Position numbers and translations under genes: made by a program. From Eledone cirrhosa (taxonomy: Eukaryota): DNA of 64,000 nt. The stretch's first letter is position 1, and every line of letters begins with the position of its first letter. A model generated the notes under the pieces. It was given only the letters and a program-made list of their open reading frames with translations, did not search any database and was not told the DNA's origin. The stretch covers positions 29,512,001 to 29,576,000 of the forward strand of contig OZ024741.1 of the NCBI GenBank assembly GCA_964016885.1. Reading direction: 5' to 3'. This document shows, piece after piece, positions 29,701-40,642 of the stretch.

Positions 29701-30155
29701 CACAGTCTCAGCGTGCATCTAAGATCCCGTTCCAGTCGCCCACTAACATTAAAGAGCGGGACGTTCCAAGAAAGGTCTCCAGACGCCGGAAGAAATCAGG
29801 CCGCCCTGCTCCTGTCGGGGCATAGAGGGCCACTATCCTGAAAGCTTGCCCGTCTCCGCTGGTCACGTCCAGCACCACCAACTTACCCTCTGGGTCCAGG
29901 AAGATGGCCCGTATGGCAAGATCCAAACCTCTCCGAAAAAGCACAGCAACTGCCCCCCGATCCCGGACGGCTGGGAGATGCGTACACATCGTAGCCGCCG
30001 AAGATAGGTGCGAAGGCCCGTGCTTCGGAGATTCTGGTCTCGCTGATGGACACTACATCTATGTTTAGATACCTGAGGTCGTTGAGCAGGTGACCCTGCT
30101 TCCATGACGACCCCAAGCCACGCGCATTTATGCTGCCTATTCTGTGTGAGGTCAT
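26738..30155 (-). pseudogene. Tx1 ORF2: AP endonuclease, reverse transcriptase and C-terminal zinc finger, disrupted
   Basis: SINARGL, SET, GDWN, SYLDR and TDH (APE); KSPGLDG, NFRPITLLN, DQSKAF, RQGCPLS and YADD (RT); CPRC...H...C. Frameshift at ~29955 and stops at ~29708 and ~29210. Confidence 0.93.
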
Positions 30156-30691
30156 GTTTAAAATAGAGTGGGAAAGATGGGAAAGACCACTTACCGTACT
30201 TTTCGTAGAGGAAGGATGGTTTCTCCATCCCTTTTCACTTGATCGCCTGGTGAAGGGACCGTTGAATCGTCCCTTCGGCTGGTCGTCGGCTCTTCTATGA
30301 GTATGCCCGAATATACTCTTCGGTTGAGAGTCCCTCCTAGGTCTCTGAAATCACCAACTGCGTTGGGGAATTTCGTTTTAATGTTTGTGTATTGTTTCTG
30401 TGCTATTTTTACCAGTCTTATGTTCGTTGGTGTTTTGATTGGTGCTGGTATTATGTAGTCGTGCTGTGAAATGTCTGTGTTCAATTATGTAAGTCATTAG
30501 TTTCTTGTTGTGTGTATTTATTGCCGTGCATTTGTTTTTCTGGGGGTGGGGTGTGGTTCTGCTATTTTCTTGTCGTTGTTGCTGGGTGTGTGTGTTTTGT
30601 TGTTGTGTTTGCGATGTTGGTGCTTGTGGTGGTGGTGTTAAAGGTGTTGTTGTTGTTGGCGGTGGGGTTGTCGCCGGTGGTGATGGTGGTG

Positions 30692-32340
30692 CTATGTGGG
30701 TGGTGATAGTGTTGGTGGTGTTGCTGCTGTGAGTCTCTTTGCAGTAGCCTTTACCCTTTTTTCATTTCTTTCCTTCCTTTTCGAAGGCGACGATGCGCTG
30801 CTTCTGCGTTTTTGCCCTTTTGCGACCTTTTGCCATCCCTCTCCCATCTCACACTCCATGTCTGATTCTGTGAGGTCGGGGAGGGGTACCAGCTCCACTC
30901 TTTCACTTGTTGTTGTTGGTGATGTTTGCAGTGGAGTCTCTGTTGGAGCTGCAGTTGGTATTACTGTTGTTGTTGTTAATACTTCGACTGCTGCTGCTGT
31001 TCTTGATTTCCGTGGCGTGGGTATGGGTGCCACGGACCCATCGTTCCTGGTTGCCGCTTGTCCTGTTGCTGTTAGCAGTGGAGCCGGTATCGGAAGGAGG
31101 GGGGTTTTCTCCTTTCTCAGGGTTTTCTCGTTGCAGAAGGCCCTGAGGTGAGTCTTCGATCCACAGCGAAAGCATTTCGGGCGTTTGCCTTAACACTTAT
31201 GGGCAGTTGAGTGCCGTTATCGAAGTCTATCACATCCGGGATAGCTTCGATACACTCCTGGTTGGTTTGGATTAACATCTCAATAGAGGTGCCGACCCAA
31301 TCTTCTCTTACTCTTTTCTGTACTTGCAGTACAGTTGTTTTGTCCTCGATTTCGACGAGGACAGACGCGGCCAGCCAAGAAGGGGCCATCCGGGGGGGGG
31401 GGGGGGTCAGTTTGACCCTCACAATTTTTTGCCCACAGTAGGAGGGCACCAACACCATTTCCTCGCTTCTTAGGGTCACTAAGGATTGAGCCTTTGCCTC
31501 CTGGGGTGTGGCAAAAAGCACGTCTACGGTGGTATATTTCTTGCCTCGGGTGATATGCGTTTTCCGCTGCCACACAGACCCTAAGGCTTTTTGTATTTGA
31601 GCCTCTGTGGCTCTTTCAACCCTACGGGATTTTGTGCTTACTGTACGGTACGTGACCGTACAGTGCTGTTGGGTTTCGAAAATTTGTTTGGCTGCCTTGC
31701 AGATTGCTCTGTGTCCAGTGTTCGTCACCATCTTCTTCACTTCCTGTAATTCCTCATTTGTTATGAGGATGATTTCCAGGTTCTTTGCGATACCTGCAAA
31801 CGAGATTGGTTTTTCTTTGCTGCTGTTGTTGATGTTGTTGTTGTCGTCGTCAGAGCTGCTGTTACTTTTGTTGTTGCTGCAGGTACTACGACTACTGCCG
31901 CCGCCGCTGTTGCTGTTGTTGCTGTTGTTGTTGCTGTTGTTGTTGCTGTTGCTGCTAATGCTGTTGCTGCTAATGCTGTTGCTGTTTATGCTGCTACTGA
32001 TGCTGTTGCGGCTGCTACTGTTGTTTTCCTCGTCACTGTTGCTGCTGCTGCTGTTATTACGGCTGCTACTGCTATTATTCCTGACGTCAGACGAATGAAA
32101 TGGGTTTTCGTATTTCCCGCACACCTTTTTCGTCGTTGTCGTCGTCGTCGTGGAGAAATGTTTCACACTTTTCACGTGATTTTTCTTTACTGGCGTCGCT
32201 TGCGAAAGAGAAGGGAGGGAGAGAGACACATTTAGAGAAGGGAGGGAGAGAGACAATCTTTTCTCTGCTGTAGTGACGATTGAGGAAGAAGAAGACGGAA
32301 TGAGTGGGAGTAACCTATGAAAATTCTTTTTCGTAGCCAT
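30692..32340 (-). pseudogene. Tx1 ORF1 (gag-like, CX2CX4HX4C knuckle), frameshifted
   Basis: ORF 31117..32340. After a frameshift near 31190 the alternate frame reads GKRPKCFRCGSKTHLRAFC. It has an internal Ser/Asn low-complexity tract and continues into 30692..31033. Confidence 0.8.
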
Positions 32341-32554
32341 ATTTTTTTTTGTTTAAAATAAATATTGGGCACAAAACCCCAATAGGCGGTTATTTAACCC
32401 CGAAGGGCCAAATACCGGGCAGAAAGACCCCTCTCACGAGGAGGAGGGTGTTTTTGTCTACAATTTGGTTAAAGTTTTAAACAATTTACAATTGTTATAG
32501 CGGTCAAAATTTACAATACCTTACAGAGCCGAGCCTCCGTCAACCATAGCATTC

Positions 32555-32620
<66 letters not shown>

Positions 32621-32626
<6 letters not shown>

Positions 32627-33005
32627 GAAATTAGAACACAATAGGCCTGACTTGGTGGTTTTTGACAAGGAAAAAAGATTGTGCCTAATTGTAGATGTAG
32701 CTTGCTCATTTGACACGAGAGTGCAAGAAAAGGAGAGGGAGAAAATTAACCGATACCAGGATTTAAAGTGGGGGTTAAAAAGGATTTGGAACTTCTATGA
32801 AATCAAGGTCGTCCCGATTGTCATAGGCCCACTAGGTACTAACTCAAGGATGGTTAAAGAAGATTAGTCCAGCCCCGCTTTTTGGAACACTTCAAAAGGC
32901 ATGAATATCTGAGGATGTAGGTAGCGGCTTGATATACATTTGAACAAACTTTCCACTTAAATAACATCAATGACTGAGATTCAAAGAACAACAACAATAA
33001 TAATA
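32621..33005 (+). mobile_element. R4/Dong-clade LINE 3' fragment (restriction-like endonuclease)
   Basis: HNRPDLVVFDKEKRLCLIVDVACSFD...KINRYQDLK...VVPIVIGPLG; flanked by (AAT)n. Confidence 0.85.
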
Positions 33006-33009
33006 ATAT

Positions 33010-33216
33010 CTACTATAGGCACAAGGCCAACAATTTTCGAGGGGAAGAGGAAAGTTGATTAAATTGACACCAGTGATGCTTTATCTTATCAACCCTGCGA
33101 GGATGATAGGCAAAGATAACCTCGACAGGATTCGAACTCAGAACGTAAAGGGTCATAATTCTATGCTGTGCAGCATGGTGTCCGACGCTCTATCGATACT
33201 GCCAATCCACCACCCT
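33010..33216 (-). mobile_element. tRNA-derived SINE (Nin/Deu-type central domain), diverged copy
   Basis: Reverse complement of the family consensus with A box TGGCAGTATCG and B box GAGTTCGAATCC. Confidence 0.8.
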
Positions 33217-33754
33217 AATAATAAATATCTATCAAAAACACTCGGAAACTGCAAAAACGTCTAACGAAGAGTAACAGAAAGTTACCAGAAATGGCCAGGA
33301 ATCATGAGCAAAGGAAACAATTCTTTTCTCTTCAAGGATATCAAGACGTTCAAAACAGAAGCTGAATTGATTTGAACTTAAGAAAAAATAAAATGAAGAA
33401 GAGAGAATAACAGAAATGGTGATAAAGATAAAAACTAAATTGATAACAGATCTGAAGAATACCATGCTAAAACGATGGTAACAAACCTAAATGGCGCATA
33501 TCCGAAAAGGTTAAATAGGAAGAGGAGAACAAAAGTTAAAAAAAGGGTTAAGAAGCACTAGGCTAAAGCCGAAATTCCGACACTAGAAGATTCCTGGTTG
33601 AGCATAAGATCAAAATCGTGACGCTAGAAACCCCTAAACGTACATAATGAAGCAGAACAAAGTAAGTAACTGCTGAATGTCGAGAGGTGGAGAAGTAACA
33701 ATTTACCACCTTGACTCTGGCTACCAAGCCTTTGTTAAAAAAGAACTTATTCAT

Positions 33755-34402
33755 TGGCTTCCTACTGTCAGTCACGTATTTGTGCAGGTTGTTTTTCTCC
33801 ATCTGAACACAGTCCTCTATGCTGATAAGACCTCTTCCACCTTCAGATCTCTTTAAGTAGAGTCTAACGACATCACTCCTCTTGTGGAACATGTTTTCGA
33901 TAGTCAATAGCTTCCTAGTCTTCCTATCCATTTCTTTTTGTTCAGCAACATTCCATCTCAGAATTCCCGCACTGTACCTAATAATAGACACAGCTCGGGA
34001 GTTCACTGCACTTATGGCATTCCTACTGTTCAGATGTGACTTTAATACGCTCCTTATTCTCCGAATGTATTCAGATCTTATCAATTCCTTCATTTATTTT
34101 GTTATTGATGTCATCAGCCTCCAGAACACCTAAATATTTGTATCCCTCTTCAGTATCAATTTCCTTTCTCATCTCACCTGTTGGTACCTGGATTCCGTTG
34201 CTTCTGCTCAATAACCCCTCTTCATCACAAGGACTCCACATTACTAATACCAAATTGCATACATATATCATTGCTGAAAATACGGAGAGTGTCAACAAGC
34301 ACATCCAACTCCTTCTCACTCTTCCCGAAGAGCTTAAGATCGTCCATGAAGAAGAGGAGATTGATGGTAAGCTCTCCCTTTCCCAACTTGTATCCCAACT
34401 TG
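33755..34402 (-). mobile_element. R4/Dong-clade LINE RT fragment
   Basis: LLFFMDDLKLF, YKYLG, DRKTRKLLT and RLYLKRSEGGRGL motifs. Confidence 0.88.
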
Positions 34403-34413
34403 TAATTATTATT

Positions 34414-34763
34414 ATTTGAAAAGGAAAATCAGGATAGAGAGGGAAGTGCTCTCTTCCCAGCATTTTGTTGAAAGATGGGTGAGAGAAGCAAGTATGACCC
34501 TGAGTATGTGTCTGTAAATTAAAGGTGGAAAACTGGGAGAGGGCACCTGCCCTGGTGGTCAGGGTCACTGTGGCCTTTTAATGGGCTTTCTCCACAAATG
34601 TCCCTCGGAAGTCTCCCCCCTATTGGGGAATTTTTCAATTTTATTTTTTATTACATCCTCTGTTTTTTTTTACACGCAGAAATGCCCATCTGTACCGTCC
34701 TGTATTGTCCTGTACTGTCCTTAATGTCTACTTTATGTAAACCCTTGTGGTTAATAAAGAAAG

Positions 34764-34764
<1 letters not shown>
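34414..34764 (+). mobile_element. 5'-truncated copy of the same Tx1 family (end of ORF2 plus 3' UTR)
   Basis: High identity to the reverse complement of 26556-26865; (TTA)n on both sides. Confidence 0.92.
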
Positions 34765-34821
<57 letters not shown>

Positions 34822-34827
<6 letters not shown>

Positions 34828-34917
34828 CAGTGCATTACTGGTACTTTACGGTGTCGATAAAATAAAGTACCAGTAATCCACTGGGTAATTGCTGGCCTTG
34901 TGCCTAACGTAGAAACA

Positions 34918-34920
<3 letters not shown>
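34822..34920 (+). mobile_element. SINE 3' fragment preceded by an inverted copy of itself (foldback)
   Basis: ttacccagtgcattactggtacttta ... taaagtaccagtaatccactgggtaa. Confidence 0.8.
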
Positions 34921-34966
<46 letters not shown>

Positions 34967-35470
34967 GTCCTATTTTTATTGCATATCATCACGGCATTAT
35001 CGAGCGCCGCTCTGTGCGCCTTGGGTATGTGCAGTGTGGTTTTTTGGTAACGTTGTTTCTATTGTATTGAGAATATTCTTCGTAATATGTGTGAAGTGTT
35101 TAGTAGTGCTATTCTTTGTATGTTGTATATATTAATAAGTCCTGCGGGGTTAGTCATATATCTGCCTGTGTGTTTTCTATCATTCCCAGACCTCCTATTA
35201 TTATAGCTATTGTTTCAGTTTTCACCATCCAATTTCTGGTTATTTCCCTCCTTATATCTTTATGTTTGGATAGTTTTTCCCTGTAATACCTTCCCACAAT
35301 TGTTCGGCTGCTGTGTTTTTTGTTCTTGCTAGTTCCGTGCATTATAATTTCTCTTCCCCTACTCATAATCCTCTCCAGAACTCTTCCAATTATTTCACTT
35401 TCGGGGCTACATTACCTTCTATTTTACTCCTATTAAGTTCCTGGTAGAGTTGTTCAGAACTGGAGTGATA
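34967..35470 (-). mobile_element. R4/Dong-like LINE 3' end, degenerate
   Basis: EKLSKHKD...IAIIIGGLGMI...NIQRIALLNTSHILRRIL on the minus strand; (TAA)n tail. Confidence 0.7.
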
Positions 35471-35783
35471 TAGTTGGTTTTGTTCAAAACTCTTTCGTTC
35501 TTTTCATATCTCAGGATTCCAAGTATTTATTGTCTCAGTCATTCTTTAGTTTCCAGGATTTCCTTGTCTGTTATATCATATTTCTTTAGTATCTATATTT
35601 TCTTTCCTATTCCTAGTATTTATATTTTTTTTCTATTTCATTTAAGATTGTTAAGTCTTTTATTTTATTTTCTAATCTTTTTGTGTATCTTTTATTTATA
35701 TCTTTGTGTGGTTTTGTTATTCTTTTTTGTGTAGATCTAAGGGAGGTAACCACTTACTTTCGTCGCAACAACGACTGCTGCAT

Positions 35784-35868
35784 ATAAGGGTGTCTTCAAA
35801 AAATGTATACTACATACTTCAAAAACAGTCTAATAAAAGTGTGTATATATTTTTTGGGGACACCCTGT
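35784..35868. mobile_element. Very small Tc1-type MITE remnant
   Basis: Imperfect TIRs agggtgtcttcaaaaaatgtatac / gtatatattttttggggacaccct. Confidence 0.5.
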
Positions 35869-36324
35869 TTTATATTATTCAGCCTTGTGATACTAATGTT
35901 TCTATTCGTGTTAATTAAGTCTATGTTGGTTATATTAGTGTTTTTTTTATAGTTATTGTTCTATTAGTTTTTATTCTTGGGAGGTGTATTCTTTGGTCCC
36001 TAGGGAAATCTATTGTTTCTAGTTGTTGGCTTATTTCCAACGTTATCATATTAGGGTCCTGAATGTTGTCTTTGGGGTTTATTTCCTACATATTTTTCCT
36101 CACATTTCTTTTCATTTCTATGTGTTGTCCTCAATCGGTTTTTATTGCTCAGTATTCTGTATATATTTTAGGGTTGATTTGTTGTTTATTTTAACTGTTT
36201 TAGATATGTTGGTTCTATTCATTCCTATATTTAATTCTCAATATATTTATGTTCGTTAGTTGTGTTTTGTTCTTGTTATATTTATGGAGGGTCATGTGGG
36301 CCTAATATTGCCAAAAATAATGGT

Positions 36325-36562
36325 TTCTTATATAGGCACAAGGCCATCAATTTTTGAGGAAAGGAAAGTCGATTAAATCGACCCCAGTGCGTGACTGGTA
36401 CTTTATTTTATCGACTCCGTAAGGATGAAAGGCAAAGTTAAACGCAGCAGCATTTGAACTCAGAATGGCAAGGGCCGTAACTCTTTGCTGCAGAGCATGG
36501 CGTCCGACTCTCTACCGATACTGCCAATCCACCGCCCGCTACCGATACTGGCAATCCACTGC
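36325..36562 (-). mobile_element. tRNA-derived SINE
   Basis: Family consensus on the minus strand, with a short duplicated 5' segment. Confidence 0.85.
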
Positions 36563-37479
36563 CAAAATTAATAATAAAACACACACACTGTCTGGTTTCA
36601 TTTTCGCTTTAGTTCAGTAATCTTTATATTTTTATCAATAATTTGTTCGTTATTCGTGTCTTCGTTCTGTATTTTTACTTCACTTTCTCTATTTCCATGT
36701 CTGATAATTCCCTTTTCTTTTTAATATGTATTTCCTTAAATATCCTACTTTATTTAAACCAGATTATGGCTTGTTCTATTTTTGCTAAAATTTATATCTG
36801 TGTTGCTGTATTTTCATTTTAGGTAGTTGTAAAATATACGGGTAGAATGTTATATGGGTAGGTGTTAATTGAAGGAAAAAGACCGGCCCATCATTTAGAA
36901 TGTTATCAATTTTGTTGGGTGCCGAACTTTGTACTTGTAAAATTGTACATTTTTGGCGTGCATCTGTCTTCGTACAATTGTTTTTCTTAAGTTCAAAGAA
37001 CGAACATCCGTACATCTATATGATTCATTTCTATAAATCTTTCACTGTTTTTATAATATACATTTTCTTACTCATAACAATATACATTTTCTTACTTATA
37101 ACATAATATACGTTTTCTTACTTATAACATAATATACATTTTAACATAATATACATTTTCTTACTTATATGTATCGGTATTTCTGTTTTTTTCTCTTTTC
37201 TTTTTCGTTATTGTTTTTGTTATAAGCTCTCCATGTGATGTATCTGTTTTTCAACTTGTATTTTTTTGCACGTAGTTCCAGGGTTAACACAGACATTTCT
37301 ATAATAGTAATAATCTATATGTAAAATATAATTTTGGTAACATTCGTTGGTTCTTGTCTAACATATTCTGCTTTGTTTTCTAGCTATATTTGCTATCGTT
37401 TCGTCAAGGGTGTCCGATTTATTTCAAATCTCGCGGGGAGCTTCGTTATAGGGGTTCATGATGTTATTCAGCCCGAGCC

Positions 37480-37883
37480 TATTGGCAGTATTGGTAGAGC
37501 GTCGGACATGTTTTGCAGCATAGAGTTACGGCCCTATACGTTCTGAGTTCAAATCCTGCCAAGGTTGGCTTTGCTTTTCATTCTTATAGCGTGGATAAAA
37601 TAAAGTACCAATATTATACCAGGGTCGATTTAATCTACTTTCCACTCCCCAAAATTGCTGGCCTTGTGCCAAAAGTGGAAAGAATTATTATTATTGTGTT
37701 TGGCAGTATCGGTATGGCGTCAGACGTCATACTTTGTAGCATAGAGTTATGGCCCTTTGCGTTCTGAGTTCAAATCCGCCGAGGTTAACTTTGCCTTTCA
37801 TCCTTACGGGGTCGATAAAATAAAGTACCAGTAATGCAATGGAGTTATTGCTGGCCTTGTGCCAAAAGTAGAAATTATTATTG
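37480..37883 (+). mobile_element. Two tandem tRNA-derived SINE copies (37480-37695, 37700-37883)
   Basis: A box TGGCAGTATYGG, B box GAGTTCAAATCC, GCCTTTCATCCTTACGGGGTCGATAAAATAAAGTACCAG core. Confidence 0.88.
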
Positions 37884-38829
37884 TGGTGTGTTGTATTAGT
37901 ATTACGTGTATACTGATACGAATAAAGGTGTTTGAGGGTGTAGTGTGGCAAACTAAATGTAAAATAACATTCTACATACAAATCTCAACAACGTCGATAT
38001 GTTTAATTCTGGATTTTTGCACAAATATGCCCTCAGGTTAGGAAACAATCCATAACCGGGTGGGTTGGAAATAAGAAGATGTAAGAATATTTTAAGACAC
38101 CTTTTGACAGTAGATGTACAGTTTTAAAGTAAAACCGTGATTTAAGGACTTGGCTTAGTTACCTACCTAAGTAAATAATAAGATAAATCTTAAAATCGAA
38201 TGATTTCAGACGGCAGAATTTACAATATGGCCACGGGAATGCTATTAAAAGATAATTCAAAATAATCTGAACAGATGACAAAATAATTTCAAAACAACTG
38301 GTGCAGAGAAGTATACCTGCGTTGGTAGTTGTCCAAAGTACACCGAAAATCAGACCAGTGCAAAAAAAAAAGAAAAAAGACATAAAATAAAAAAAAACAA
38401 TAACAATAACATGTTAACGAAATGAAAAGAAAGTTGGCAATATGGAGAATAATTTTAAAGTAGATTATATATGGGATAGAATTTTCAACAAATATGCCAA
38501 ATCGTAGCCGTAAAGTAGTCTTCAATGAGAGAAAACTTTATAGTATAATTTTATTGTTACTGTTGATGTTTAGCCCTAGGTCAGTTTTCAGTAAGCAGAT
38601 ATATGATCAAAGATTTACAGTCATGACTATTTCATCTTAGTAACAGACCTTGTATCCAGGACTATATTATCCAATGTGTTCTTCTGGTGTTAAAGACAGT
38701 AAAGTCTGGTTTGAGGAAAACATTTGATAGCTACGTTTCGCATGTCGAGTAACACGGCTTGTGTTAAGATATATCACAATTTATAGGTGTGAAGTATAAT
38801 ACCAATTGACCTATGAATACAGAAATATA

Positions 38830-38860
38830 GACACACACGCACATAGACACACACACACAT

Positions 38861-38946
<86 letters not shown>

Positions 38947-39043
38947 GACTGTCTTCCTGCTATATCAAGCGTTAACCTAATGTATCCCTTCCATATACTG
39001 CACCAATTGTGTTGTTATTTCTGTTTACCTTTGATATACATAC

Positions 39044-39079
<36 letters not shown>

Positions 39080-39082
39080 GCG

Positions 39083-39170
<88 letters not shown>
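38830..39170. repeat. (CA)n microsatellites
   Basis: Two long CA tracts. Confidence 0.97.
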
Positions 39171-39171
<1 letters not shown>

Positions 39172-39235
39172 CCCCCTCCCATATATATATATTTGTTTTG
39201 CAAGGTTATTTTATATGAAATCGTGCGTCGAAACA

Positions 39236-39900
39236 AATATTGTTATACTTGGGGAGGGTCATATTTGTGTAATATTGCCAGAAATAATAACAGAACACAC
39301 TCACTGTTTGGTTGGTTTTCGCTTATGTATCTTTTATATCTCCATAGTTAATTTATTTGACAATCAACGTTTATCATTGATTGGCCAACGGTTAAAACTA
39401 CAGATATATATATATATTGTTATACTTGGGGAGGGTCATATTTGTGTAATATTGCCAGAATTAATAACAGAACACACTCACTGTTTGGTTGGTTTTCGCT
39501 TCTCGCTGTCTTTTATATCTGTAATCTAGCTTACTCGGTCCTCAATGTTGCCATTGACTGACCGACGGTCAAAAATAATACAGATACAATATAGATACAA
39601 ACACATATATATAGTTTACATAATTTACATAAATCTTTCGTTGCACATCTGCAACATCGTCAGTGGTGTTATATTTTCCTCCTGTTGTGTAAACTAATTC
39701 ATCGCCGCTATATATATATATATATATATAGTCTATCAAAGTTCTTTCGTTGCACATCTGCAACATCATCAGTGGTACTATTATTATGTTCCCTCCTATT
39801 GTATTGTAATGTTTACGCCATTTCAGTGAGTGTGTTCTGTTATTATTTCTGGCAATATTATTACAACAATATGACCCTCCCCAAGTATAACAATATATAT
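39236..39900 (-). mobile_element. Composite non-coding element: two direct and one inverted copy of an ~80-bp arm, with two hammerhead-like cores
   Basis: Arm at 39236-39320 and 39412-39500, inverted at 39822-39900. Minus-strand CTGAYGA-T-GTTGCA.GATG.TGCAAC-GAAA at 39636-39663 and 39745-39772. Confidence 0.6.
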
Positions 39901-40086
39901 ATATATATTATAGAGTTGAAGAAAGTTGGCTGATCAAAATGTGCCGACTTTTTCTTAAACAGACGTGAAGCACTCTCGTTTTGTATTTCTTAGGATTTTC
40001 TCCGTAAGGTATCGTCCGGAGTTTTAGTATAATAAATAAGAGAGAGGGTTTTATTCGTACATCCTCATTTTATTATCTAATGAAGA

Positions 40087-40157
40087 CGGGGTCGATAAAA
40101 TAAAGTACCAGTAATGCACTGGGTAATTGCTGGCCTTGTGCCTAAAGTAGAAACAAT
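40087..40157 (+). mobile_element. 5'-truncated SINE with 15-bp target-site duplication
   Basis: ATTATCTAATGAAGA on both sides. Confidence 0.85.
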
Positions 40158-40554
40158 TATCTAATGAAGATGTACGAATTAAAGCGTCTCTCTTATATAT
40201 ATATATATAAGAAAAGAACTAAGATTTCACTTCGAGCATAGCTTTATACAAATATGTATAGAAATGTCGTATTTCTAAAGAAACACGGTTTTAGGAAGCC
40301 GTAGCTATGCAAAAACCGGGGCTAACGCCCTCTGGTGGTGTCCCGCAGAAGCAGGGGGACAACCGTCTATGCATTTCAGGCTTGACTGGCCTTGATGAGG
40401 ATGGTCCCTCCCACCGCTTGCGACTGCTGGACAGTCGAGAACATATAGTTTTCTCGTCTGTGTAAATGAGGTGATTAATCTCATTTGCATATGAAGCTGC
40501 ATAAGTTGGCTCAACTTATAATAGAAAAGAATATCTCTCTCTCTCTCTCTCTCG

Positions 40555-40638
<84 letters not shown>

Positions 40639-40642
<4 letters not shown>

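Larger units (their letters stand above)
26556..32554 (-). mobile_element. Near full-length Tx1-clade (L1 group) non-LTR retrotransposon, ~6.0 kb, inserted in (TTA)n
   Basis: ORF1 with CCHC knuckle, ORF2 with APE, RT and C-terminal zinc finger, AATAAA near the 3' end, and microsatellite on both flanks. Confidence 0.92.

Noticed and set aside
27065-32098. Plus-strand ORFs overlapping the Tx1 element
   Set aside because: Antisense shadows of GC-rich coding or trinucleotide sequence with no recognisable motifs
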